From Phoronis australis (lineage: Eukaryota > Animalia > Phoronida), in NCBI GenBank assembly GCA_002633005.1, contig NMRA01000879.1:1-64000 (forward strand): DNA of 64,000 bases, read 5' to 3'. The notes below the pieces were generated by a model. That model worked only from the letters and a program-made list of their open reading frames with translations. It was not told the DNA's origin and searched no databases. Every line of letters begins with the position of its first letter. Position 1 is the first letter of the stretch. The position numbers and the translations under genes are program-made. Below, one piece after another: positions 52,246 to 64,000 of this stretch.

Positions 52246-55200
52246 CTCTTTTGTTAACAAAAGGAATTCGAGCCATCCCATATTGAATGCTGGCAGCGCG
52301 CATGCAATAAATTCTGACCATTTACTACATTTTGAGGAATCAGGAAAATAGAGAAAAAATGTTGGTGAGGGAAAAGGGCCCAGGGAAGGAAAGTGGAGGA
52401 CTGTGGGTTGGGCGGCTCCTTAATGTTCATGATTATGGTATACAATGAATGTAGAGTCATTGAAAGAGAAGGGATGTACTTGAAAGGACATGAGCCAGGA
52501 ATCGTGGGAGAGAGAGAGGTGGGGAAATGGAGTACGCTATTTACTGTCCTTTACTAAGTGTGAGAAATGGATTTGCAATGCATGTGCATTTAGGAACCGC
52601 TACTACATGTTTCTGTACCCAGTAGAATTTCACTTCAACAGGCACAAGGTGAAAAATACTAGGGCGATCGTAAATATATTTGATACTTAAATAGAGCAAT
52701 TAATTTCATTTTACTAAATACAAGCGTCTTCGTGAACGGTATTTATGTTTTTTAATGTCTCTCTTGTTTTAGAGAACAACACACTGTGCCTGATTAATTC
52801 TATTCTGCGCGAACAAGTTTACCATGAACAACCGTTCAAGTATTTCCGGGCGCTATCTTGCTGTCAACGACAAATTTGTTTCAGTGTAGAGCTGCATCAG
52901 AAGAATTCTTTAATCGTCACACAAGTTGTATCTCTTAACGTCTTTTTATCTTCAAGCATGTGTTGCCGAGATAAAAGTTCAAATACTGAAGAGGTAACAA
53001 CATAGTCGCCCTGAGGGAGCATACATGTAAATTTATCCGAAAGAAATAGTTCCTTCACATGATGGTTTCTAGTTTTTTTAATCATACCTGAAACAAACGT
53101 TTTATATGACTGTGGTTCCTTCTTTGCAGCAAACAACCATAGTTAATAAAAATAGAGTGTTAGAGTTTTCCATTTGAACGGCAGCGCACCAACTTTTCTC
53201 ACAAGAATCAGTGAACTTAGTGACTGGATAGCTCGAACTCGATGGTAAAGTCCGACAATATCTGCTCTATATACGCACATGTAAGTCTACCTGAGAGTCT
53301 TGAAGTATTGGGATCTCAACCCGTGTTCCTGCACACCAAGGACCTGTTTGTTCATCTGCATATTTAGCCGATGCTTGACATTTTTTAAAACATTTTATTT
53401 CTTTGGGTTAACAATTTTTACAATTTACCCCCGCCTGAAACTCTTTGAAAAATTTTGACAGTGCAGTTGCGTTCCACAATCTCTTTATTGTTTTCCATTG
53501 AGTTGGCAATACTACCCTCATCTGACGCATTGTATTTGATATTGACAGTTTGTACTACCACATTTCCCTCATATGCGTGTAAGTTATGCCCATGTTCTAA
53601 ATCCTATTGAAATTAAGCACGCAAAATGTGAACCATTGCGCGAAGTCTTGTGCAGGAGTTGGTGAGCACAATCTGAGTCCAATCAAAGTCGGAGAAAAGT
53701 CGGACGTGCTCTACCTGTATCTAAAACCACAGATGGTGCACTACATTTGCGTTCGAGGATATTCGTGGTGCATTTTGCATCCCTTATAGTTGTATTCAAT
53801 ATCCGATGATGGTTAGTTATGCAGCAGGTGTGCTATAAATGTTTTGAAGAAGATCGCAGGGGTCCATGATAATGGCGAGAAGGTGAAAATAACCTTAATG
53901 GACACACAATGGACAAATCACTTCGTGTTTGAGCAGAAACGACAATCTAGCTGTTGGTTAATCTCATTTGCAGCGTTATTGCTGAAAACAAAACTAGCTT
54001 ATATGCATATCGTAGTTGATATTCATCAATTGCAACTAACAGAATAGGGTTAGAGCCGCAATAACTTGTGGCGTTTTATAGAAATAGGCTGTGTAAGGAA
54101 CTGGAATAACACGGTAGATAATTAATTGCATACGTGCACATGCGATTACTTACATATTAGAAGACATGCGAAAACGATACAGCCCGTCTTGGTGGTCGCC
54201 ATCTTTGAATTTGCGGTGTATTTCCGGGTCCAAAGATCCGCGGAACGAATATGCCGTGAACTCTATTCAGTGCAAAACAAATTATCAAAAGCACGAGCTC
54301 GTGTAATTTCGGTGAATTCCAAACTCAAAATTGCAGGAATATCCAACTTCCAATTAACGTTTCCGTGTTACATGTAGTGTGTTACTGGTGTTGCCACATT
54401 TCTTAAAGGTGTTCTGTTGTCAAGCACTTTAGATCCTTAGCGTGACCCCATTGTAACACTAAACGCCTTGTGTTTTATCCTCCAAGATAAGGGCTTTAAA
54501 TTTTGATTATCAATTTTAACGATAGAAGGACCGAGCAGCAACGGAAATCCCCCCAGTAAAGTGTGAGTGCCAAGTGTCAGTTGATGCTCATGTGACGATA
54601 TTGGCTCAAACCTGACCGCAAGCAGCGTGTAACTACACGGAAGTGCTGGAGCAAAAAATTGACAGTCACAATTTCTGTTAACATAGTCAAACGTAGTGCT
54701 CTCAGACTAAACCAGTAAAATGAAACGGCCATTGATTGGCAAGCTTAATAAAATACCGGCAATTAAAAATACAACCCAAAGTACAGTAAAAAAATAAGCG
54801 TGGTGTCATGTATGTTACATCTACCTTTTTCCGCACATTTAATTTACACCAGGTAAAATGTTGTCCTTTGGTCTCAATAGGATGCTGTTTGTTTAGTTAG
54901 CCCGTGAGAAAATAGACAAATAGACGGTGAACTTAGCGGTATTCTTTAAACAGCAAGGAAGACAGACTTAACGATTTTGATGGCGTTAGTTAAGATATTT
55001 ACATGCCTTTTTAGAAAGTTTTGGCCGGTTGCACATAAAAACGAAGTAGAAAGTTCTCTGAATCTTGAACTCATAGATGTCTTTTTGTGCACTCAAATTT
55101 TATGATTTCCCAATATTTCTTCCTTATTTCGAGCCGCTGTCTTACTTATTCCAGAAATACATCCGGAAATTGGGCCATTATTTTGTGAAAAGTCCCTACT

Positions 55201-56819
55201 CCATAAATCATATACCTTGCATGAAAAACGACCTAATGTGTTTTGAATATGTTCTATTGGTTTCAGTGGTTTTAGAATTTGCACAAATAGATTCGTATCA
55301 TGGAAATGTGCAAGTTCTTATATTTTAACTTATATGTATCACTTCCTTAGAATATAATAGTTTGTGATATCAAAAACGCTCCCCAAAATGGGTACAGAAT
55401 AAATGGTTTTAACGGTTTGAGTATCAGTTTGATTCCCCTTTGGGTTTACATGTACATGTACCTCTTAGAAACGCCGATATTTCTCGTGTGCAATTATACA
55501 AAGATACAAGGATTTTGGTGAGATTGTCCTCGCTTTTAGCCAAAAAGCAAGAGTTCTCAAGAATTATCATACGTAAGTGCTGCCTTTTAAGCCACATGAC
55601 CACAGCAGGCGGGCGTTGTAATGGCGTGAGAATATTGCGAAAACGCAAGATCACGCAGAACTTCGCGAGACATTGCTTTGTAGTACAAGTAAATTACTTA
55701 ATTTCAGTACCTTCCTTCGCGGTATTCTTGTGCCTACGGATCTCACTCCAGCTGTACTCGCCAGATTTTTTGAAAATACACAGTTATGAAAAACCAGTTC
55801 GTCCTGCTCTGGTGCATACTGTACATGTAGATTTCGGCGGTTCCAAAATTTGCTCCAAATTTTAAAATTGTCATTTTAGCCAACTTATAATATATGACAC
55901 TTTTTCGACCAATCTGTTTATTCTTCATGCAGGACATTCTCGTGTGTTTTCGATTACCACATGTCTCTCAGAAAAATAACTTTTTTCGATTGTGGTTATA
56001 ATTGTGCGGAAACGCCACTTATGATGCCCTAACTTGGGGGTCATAACCCCAAAAGTTAAACGCGTCTGCTTTCTGAAAGGTGGCGTGCATATAATTAATA
56101 GAAACCGCGTTGTAAGAAGAATGTTAGTGCTTCATTGACGTTGTCGGTGTGTCTTCTGTCTAGAATTCTGGAGTACTTTGATTGACTGCATACAATAATC
56201 TCTGACAGCATTACTGAAACACTATCAAAGTCAGAAAATCGTAAATCAGAAGCAGACTAGAGGGTTAGAAGAAGGGTTTTAACAAACATTGCGTGCGAAA
56301 AGGATTAAGGATCCACGGAGATATTGCACTAGAACAGAAACATTAGCCAGGTCTGTGCCAACTGAAAATTCATGTCATAAGTAACTAATCTAAAATACAG
56401 AGATTTCGAGGACAGGGACTATAGGCACCGTGCACACAGGGCATGTTTTGGTGAAGTGAAAGATACTTTTTCTAAACGTTTGTGGTACGCAGTAACTAAT
56501 TTTAACCCATGTTATGCAGAAACCAAGACACAAATTTCATAAATTTCACGAGAACGCGTTGGTAACGCAGCACTCACTCACGGAGGTCACTCTAAATACA
56601 GGGTATATCGTGCATTGATTATTGGCGTAGGAAATATTGGATGGTTTTGGACCACGGACAGTCTGCTAAATGTTCAATTTCATTCTAAACCGAAGGTTAC
56701 ATGTCGAAACTTGTTTTAATTAACTGAAAATTAATTGATCATATCAACACCCAGGAGCAAGGAGCTTATCTCCGCACCCCTCTTCCTACGCCTATGTCCG
56801 GCGATAAGCCAAATAAGTA

Positions 56820-56990
56820 TATCACGAATAAAATGTATTTTGATGGTCAAGGTACACCATGAATAAAATGTACCTGGATATCCAAAGGAGGTCACTATGA
56901 ATAAATCTACCTTGATATCCGAAGAAGGTCACAATCAATAAAATGTACTTCTATGGGTAGAAAAAATCACCATAAGTAAACTGTAGCTTC
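56820..56990. repeat. Degenerate ~36-38-bp minisatellite, 4-5 units
   Basis: Recurring CAC(NAT)GAATAAAATGTACC..GATATCC.AAG.AGGT. Confidence 0.75.
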
Positions 56991-57719
56991 AATCTTGAAA
57001 TTTCCAGTATTACAAATTTTTGAGATATCTGTCACTTGGAAAGAGGCAATATTATGCGCTTTTCTCGAGGACGAATTCTGCCCCTGTGTCGATAACAGGG
57101 TATGCGTCTGCACAAAGACCATTCACTATTGTGCCTGCAGTAGGAGATCATGCTTTTGTACCTACTGAAATTGTATAAATACATTTCGGGTATAGGCACA
57201 CAGGTCTAAATCTGCTGGACAGGCGAACCTTGTGCTCCAAACAACTTGCTTATTTGCAAAACAGATTGTGCGCTTAAGAATATTAAGAGTATCAATGATA
57301 AAAGATATAGAATGTATTACATGAAACCTGAGGTCAGGATTCACACATTTTTATTTTCGTTGGGGTTGTCACCTTGGAGCGCTTCATGACGAAAGTGATC
57401 GATTGCAATATAAACGTTGTCAAGTCAACACAGTTTGCGAAGCAAAATTAGCTAGCCTAATTGAAATAATGTTAATTTACTTTGCATCTATTTTTCTTTT
57501 CAGTTTTTGCTATATATTTTACGAAGACGAGCACAGTTTGACGAATTTTGATGAAAACTAACATTTGCTGCAGGATACAATGCACTAATTTTAAAAGACG
57601 TCATGCAGAAGAATCTTTTGAAATGGGCGTGTGCTCTGTGATAGCAATAAATGGCGGGGTACAAAAGAAACTACTTGTAGAACCGTAGCCATGCTGTGTT
57701 TAAAAAAACAATATACATC

Positions 57720-58519
57720 AGTGACCTAAAGTCGTGAATATAAGCATAATAAGCAGTTACTTGTCATACTACCCAATGTCCATTTGCAACTGCTCATGTG
57801 ATGTCATGTACATATATCAGCCTTCACAAATATACATGTACGTGTTTTGACAATCTTAATCCTTGTTTGTATCCGTAAGCAGAGTTTTAAAACAGTCGCT
57901 GATATCGCCGGTCATTTTGAATGAGGCCCTAAAGTCGTGAACATTTCGTTTGGACGGAAATGCACGAAGTATGACCACACAAGTCAACTACAGTGCTTAC
58001 AGTTACTCTAGATGACATGAAAATGCATTGCATTGTCTATTAATTCAGTTTCAATTGAAATAAATTGTTATATGTTTTGCACCCAACTTTGATGTATGTG
58101 CACAGACGTTTTCAATGAGGTTGTTCACGTAAAACGCTAAGAACCCAGCATCAATTATCGCTCTGTATTTTATGGTTTTGGCCTTACAAAACTTGAACGA
58201 CCCTGGGACATTGTGATACATTGTTCAAGCTACCCCTGGAGCGAGTGTTTGAGTCAATCTGAACGATAAATATTCTCGAAAATATATCCCAAAAATGCAC
58301 AAAAAGTGAATTAGTGAAATATGCTATTTTTAAGATACATTTGAAAAAAGAAGCCACTCACTCACTGTTTGTTATGATATTGTGAATACGAACACGTCCG
58401 GGTATTCGTTTGACGTTCGTAAGCAGACGAACGCTGGAAACTTCAACGTCAGATGTCGCAGGACCGCGCAGAAGAGGAAATCGTTCACGACTTTAGGGCA
58501 CTCACGACTTTAGGAGCTC
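57720..58519. mobile_element. Non-autonomous TIR element with reiterated CCTAAAGTCGTGA motifs
   Basis: CCTAAAGTCGTGAA at ~57725 and ~57928, and two inverted copies TCACGACTTTAGG at ~58485 and ~58502. Confidence 0.55.
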
Positions 58520-59602
58520 TGGCAATACCTATGTTTTAATGACATGAATGACTACTTAGTTTGTGATAGCCAGCCTGATACACAGGTTCTGAAGCCTGAG
58601 AGTTAAACTGAGGACAATACAGATGTCCCGTTTTGATATTATCGTTGCCAAGTAACTTCGTCAATTGACCAGATCACCGGTGGTTGCGTTAACTTGTACA
58701 TTTAGTAATTATTGTTTGCCAAATTACTATACCCAGTAAGTGGCACAGAATGCTCTAGTGTGCTTTTCACACGGCAGATTGTACAAACCGCAAACTAATC
58801 TCGAAATTTTAGTGCATGTCAAACACTTTGAGCTTACAAAGTAACATCTTATTTCTTCAGTCCTGCATTTACACAAATGTGATTTACAGATGTAAGCGTA
58901 CATTTAAAATCAATAAAACAAATTAACCAAACTTAGCGACTCATACCAATGTGTATAAATTTGTGAATAAATATGGCGGCAGGTTATATTCAAACTGTCC
59001 GCAGAACTATTCCGCAATAGTCAAATTTCAGCAGTAACCCGCGTAACCATGCCTGTGCGACCCTTTTCACATTTATATGTAGTTAAAAATATCAAAACAT
59101 GTGATTGTTTTCTTAATCTAAAGTATCTGCAATTCACTGAATCGTAATCACGAGGAAGTTCAAGAGTTTTTCTTTACAGTCTTATCGATATCAGTACCGA
59201 TACGTTATCTGTCGTTGGCCAACCACCTCGTCCATTATCAGTGTAAAACTATACCACGCCTGGTTGAAGAGGACTTCGATGTAGGGTCAAACTTTATCAC
59301 GGTCACCTGGATAGTTCATGACTACGGGAAGGGATTTAGAACCCAACATCAATGTGGCATCGTATTGCAGTTGTTTTAAAACCAGGAAGTCACAATGTGA
59401 TTCAACCTCGTTCAACTTTCCTCTCAGGATAAATGAGGACAAATTGGGTTAATTCTGTTACATTTTGCGGCTGAACAGCTTGTGTGCGTGTATTTTTACT
59501 TACGATCTTTACCAGGAAGTAATTCGAGTCAGTTTTAATCAAAATGGTGTGGTATAAGGCATCACTAATTGCGTCACTCCACCTTCTGGGTAAGTACATT
59601 AA

Positions 59603-62600
59603 GAGTGACTCCATATAAAAACCAACAGGTAGAGTCTATACCCAAAATCACCGATTTTTTTTAAACTTAGCACATAAGTTTGATTTGTTGAGAAGTAGAA
59701 AAACCTCAATTTTTAAGAATTTTCATTCATTATTTTTCTTTTTATGACCTGTACCTCCATTTTGCAACAAAATTGGGCGTCGAAGTAGGCATGTTTGAAT
59801 GCATTTTACTAGCATGTATGATACGGTCAAAACAAATGAATAATACGAATTGAAAGGGCAATGGCTGAATAATGTAATGGCATAACTTTCAAAATCCATT
59901 TTTAAATTTATACGTTTTGAATTTGTGAGGCAAAAACGGTTATTTTTCAGGTTTTCACTGAAGCCATTTTCGGCCACATTTGACACTCTGTAGCAGCCAT
60001 AACGCACCTTTCCTGAAATTGACTTTATAATAATTTGTTAGGTCATTCCTAACCTGTTTATAATCTAAAATAAAAAATCTTGCCTCTAATGTAGTTTTTG
60101 CGTACGAAGCATTATACGAACTGCACTTCGTCCTTTTGCATGTTCTCAGTTGCCTCTGCTGCCGATAGGGGGCTCTTGGAACATATAATAAGCTTGCGAA
60201 ACACGAAATAAAAACTTTGTATTTTGGAGAAAAGGCAGACAGCATTATTAATTACCATTCTATGAAAACGACATTGATGATTAATACTTATTACAAAAAT
60301 GTGTACGTAAATCAACTGGCATGCGTGCTTCTAAATGATAGATGGCGCTGCTTTTGTTTACGTGGAGACTGAAGACGCATCTAGAATAAGAGCAGTAACA
60401 CGAGGACCTTGCTATAATTCAAGACTTCGCGAGATGTTGCCGTGTATTTTAAATGAGAACACGTGGTTTTGGATAAATTTTAGAGAGGTTCTAGTGTTAC
60501 TGAACTCACCCCTGCCTTGTTTTCTATCTGCCTTGTTCGTGCCACAGGCAAAGGAAGCCCCCCAAGGTGGATATGCCCCGGCCCCTAGTGTTCAGTGCAA
60601 AAAATCCTTCAACTTGTCAATAGTCATTGTAACTTTGGGTTCATATTGTAATGTCCCTGCTGGTTGCTACAAATTTTAGTCGCCACCAGTCGACAGAAAT
60701 CTGGTGTTCCCCCCACACACACCGGGCACCCTAACGCTGAATATTTCTGCCAGTGTGATCATCAGTGGTATAAAAAGGTACACATTCACAGTTAATAGAA
60801 AATAATTCGCGAAAGACAATTTTATTAATGACTACTTCATGACAGACATGAAGTAAACAGAAGTAACGGTCTCGACTTCATATATCACACATCTTTGACT
60901 GGTATGCTACAAAACTAGGCTAAACGTTGAGCTCATTTATCACTTCATTCAGTAAACATAACAGCATCTTCAGCAGAAATAGCATCGTCATAAACATTGC
61001 TGCAGACAACCTCGAAAAAATCCACCAATCTGCGATTCACTTAACATCACAGGTAAATTTACACTTTCACAGTGGGTTCTCGGCGTAATGTTTTCTCCCG
61101 GCATTTTGGCACTTCCGAGGGTGAAAGTTTTTACCTGACTTTCTCCTTCATCGAATATGTTCGTCAGAAAGTTCTTAACCTTTGATGAAAATCTTGTTGA
61201 CCTTTTACCTTTTTTCAATGCCTAACCTATTGCTTCAGCATTCGTCTCATCCACATTGTACTCTGAGGCTGCCTCAAATGACGCTCCGGGTTCTTGCATC
61301 TAAAAGCATTTCTGACGACTGTCGTGCGATGTGGTCATACGTGTTCAGTGTGGTTACCCACATCCAAATGCCGACCTAGTTCTGCGTCTGTAGCAAAAAA
61401 TTTCGAGTAACCTTGCTGGGTACAAGGGAACTTTTGTTGAGGCTCTTCACTAGATACAATTCCAACCTTAAGTCTTGGTGTTGAAAATCCGCCATGTCTA
61501 GAGATGTTAGTGTAATTTAGAGAAATAGGTTTCCCATTTTCTCAGTATTTGTAAGAACTTACCGTCATCTACATGGAATGATTTCCACACGTGAATTCCT
61601 TGGATGGAATAGTGGGAATTTGGGAATGTCCTTATACCAGGAACTGAGTATTTTGGAAAAGACTTTGTTGCATTGACTGAAAATGCATACACATAACATC
61701 CCTTCACACGGCCACTGGAAAGTAGTGCTTCTTTCAAATCCAGAAAGTTTATGATATTATTACTTTCGGCTACAAAGTACTTTGCATGTTGTTTGAGTGG
61801 AGCGATCTTGCGATCACAGAGATCCTTTCCATTCTGACTTTCACTAAAGTCATATCTCGAAACAGAAATGCCGGTAGAATTTGACAAGGGTGCTACGTTC
61901 AGGAGGAGAGGAGCAGAGTGGTAACATCCAGCATTACCTGACTCTTCCATGACTGGTCCTGTTCAGTCAGAAATTCACCGACTCTGGGTAGTACGAGTCC
62001 GTACTCTGGAACAGGCCTTGCTTTGTGAAGTAGTTTCTTGTATCTCAAATGTTCAGTGGTGTCTTTGACATGACTCACTAAAGCACACAGCTTTTGTGAT
62101 TTTTTGAAGAATAAACTCTAAAGGAACATGAAGGCCCATCGACATCGTCCGCCATTTTGTCTTTTTAAAATGCACTTGCTTCTCTCAAAACCAGACATTA
62201 CAAATATCAATTCTTACTCGTTTAATCTTAAAGGCATTTATTTCCATTCAAAAGTTGTACAGAGTGTTTAAATTAACCTGATTATGTAAAAGAAATGAAA
62301 GAATACGAGAGGATTACACGTACATTTTTTATAAATCCTCAAGCTTTAAACCTCAACTGACTTCCTCAGTGGGCAAAGGTCATCGGGTTCAGTTTTGATA
62401 CTAGCCGCGTAATAAACCCAGAAAACATCTTGTTTTCATTTGAAAGACTTTAGACTTGGTTTCTATAACTATTTAAAGCAGACTTCTTGCCTAAAAGTTT
62501 GTTCAAATGGTTTGTAAACTCTGCTCGTCATTTCCAAACTATGAAAATAGACAGTTTTGCAAGACAATTTTCACTAAAGTGCAAAGTTGAGGCAAGATTT

Positions 62601-63081
62601 TTTATTGCTCAGTCATCAAGACTAACTCTTTAACTGTATGTTCAAAACGTCACATAAGGCTACAAGGTGTTTTATGGCAGTAAGAAGGTCACAAAAATGG
62701 CCACTAAAATTAGCCCCAAAAAGTGGTCTGTGGATTATCTCCCCTGTCTAGCATAAAACTGTTAGATTTTAATAAATGGCACAGAATTATGCACAGTATA
62801 CGTTGGTTATTTCAGCCACCAAAATATAGCTTTTGATCTATTTTGTATGTTACTCATTTTTGTTGCTGAAAACATGCGATTTTTGAGACGGCTAATATGC
62901 CCAATTGTGCCAATTTGTGTTATCATGCTCCAGCGGCGAAATTAGGGGTCATTGAGTGCGCAAAATTTGGCATTTGGGTTTTTGTTAGGATACCTACCCA
63001 TGTACAAAAAATGAAGTTGTTTTAAATTTTGACGTATAGACTGATTTTTGAAAATCTACTGGTTTTTATATGGACTGCCTC
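59603..63081 (-). mobile_element. Sola3-like DNA transposon, internally deleted, copy 2 (3479 bp, both ends present)
   Basis: TTAA|GAGTGACTCCATATAAAAACCA ... TGGTTTTTATATGGACTGCCTC|TTAA gives GAG...CTC termini and a TTAA TSD. The transposase remnant lies at ~60930-61950. Confidence 0.82.
60930..61950 (-). pseudogene. Sola3-like DDD transposase, C-terminal half, disrupted
   Basis: ORF 61507-61950 (SGNAGCYHS, YDFSESQNGKDLCDRKIAPLK) and ORF 60988-61218 (KKGKRSTRFSSKVKNFLTNIFDEGE...SQIGGFF). Confidence 0.75.
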
Positions 63082-64000
63082 TTAATGATTTTCCATCAAT
63101 TTCAGCAAACATTATCTCGTGTTGTTGCCTGCACCACCAAATGGTGTCGTTGGAATACACTCAACTCATGATTTGTGGCTCAGAGAGGAGTATCATATTC
63201 ATGAACTTATCTCCGCTGCTACACTGTCTAGGTAGTTTCAATTCATTTTAAGGCAACACATTTTCGAGAGATTAGCTCAAATCTAGTGATCAGGAAGTCC
63301 ATTGTCAACGCATGAGGAGTTGTTAACCAAGTAAAAGCTTTGTGGAACTTGACAAATAGTTCAAAAATGTCAATATGTATACATCTTAACCGTCCACCGC
63401 GAAACGTGTCGTAGATTCATTATTTACCCTGCTGCATCACGATCCTTCATAACTGTTATTTTCAAATCCGATATCATCTAATTAACATAATGATAAGTGG
63501 CCTAAGTCAATAGCTGCTTTTTGCGACGAAAGGCCTGTTTATTGCTGTTGCAGACTCACCAGGCCACTGCGAATTCGATTTGACGTTTTCAACCCAGTCC
63601 AATAAAATCAAAATGCCAAAATTAAAACAATACGCAGCGCTACAAATTACCAACGACTTGGAAAAGTTTTACTTTGATATGCGCCCGTCAGTCTTAATAT
63701 TAAGACCCGGGAGCACAAAATAGAAGAAAAAATGTCAACTCACACCGACTAGCCCATCAACACATAATTCTGTACAATTTTAAGTGTTAAATTTACAGAA
63801 TGGTAACTCAAATCGGAAAATAAATCCAAAATCTGCAAAAATGCTATTTGGCTTCATTTCTATTGCTATGTCCGGGTTGTGTCAGAGTAGTGTCAACATT
63901 ATATACGTAATCCGTACAATGACGAATACTTTATTTTAGAGCTTCTTCATAACAGTAGCTGCTTACTTTACACTGGTCCTACTGATAAATTAGCCAATTT

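Noticed and set aside
56820-56990. CRISPR-like 37-bp periodicity
   Set aside because: A degenerate tandem minisatellite without unique spacers.
1-64000. Prokaryotic-type novel system (defence island, retron, DGR)
   Set aside because: The sequence is intron-containing animal-like DNA. All reverse transcriptase fragments belong to Gypsy or LINE elements and are disrupted.

Overview
AT-rich (roughly 37% GC by eye) eukaryotic scaffold with N-gaps, most likely a marine invertebrate animal. I see no prokaryotic operons, CRISPR arrays or rRNA. The window is dominated by nested transposable elements. These are two ~3.1-3.5 kb Sola3-like DNA transposons in opposite orientation (TTAA TSD, GAG termini), an older Sola3-like relic, a CMC/EnSpm-like element with AAAACTTAAG subterminal arrays, and two decayed Gypsy LTR retrotransposons (interrupted by a tRNA-SINE, a Kolobok-like element and a Helentron-like element). 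There is also a 5'-truncated CR1/L2-group LINE and a Russian-doll nest of Helentron-type non-autonomous elements. A minus-strand spliced host gene runs between them. Its phase-compatible exons give an unrecognised N-terminal region, a Pro-rich linker, an F-type lectin (fucolectin) domain and a kringle domain. I found no clearly new biological system. The best leads are the lectin-kringle mosaic gene, the self-nesting Helentron stack, the short-TIR Sola3 family landing in a TTAA-rich repeat array, and a strong excess of the palindrome TACATGTA. All family assignments come from motif recognition by eye, not database searches.
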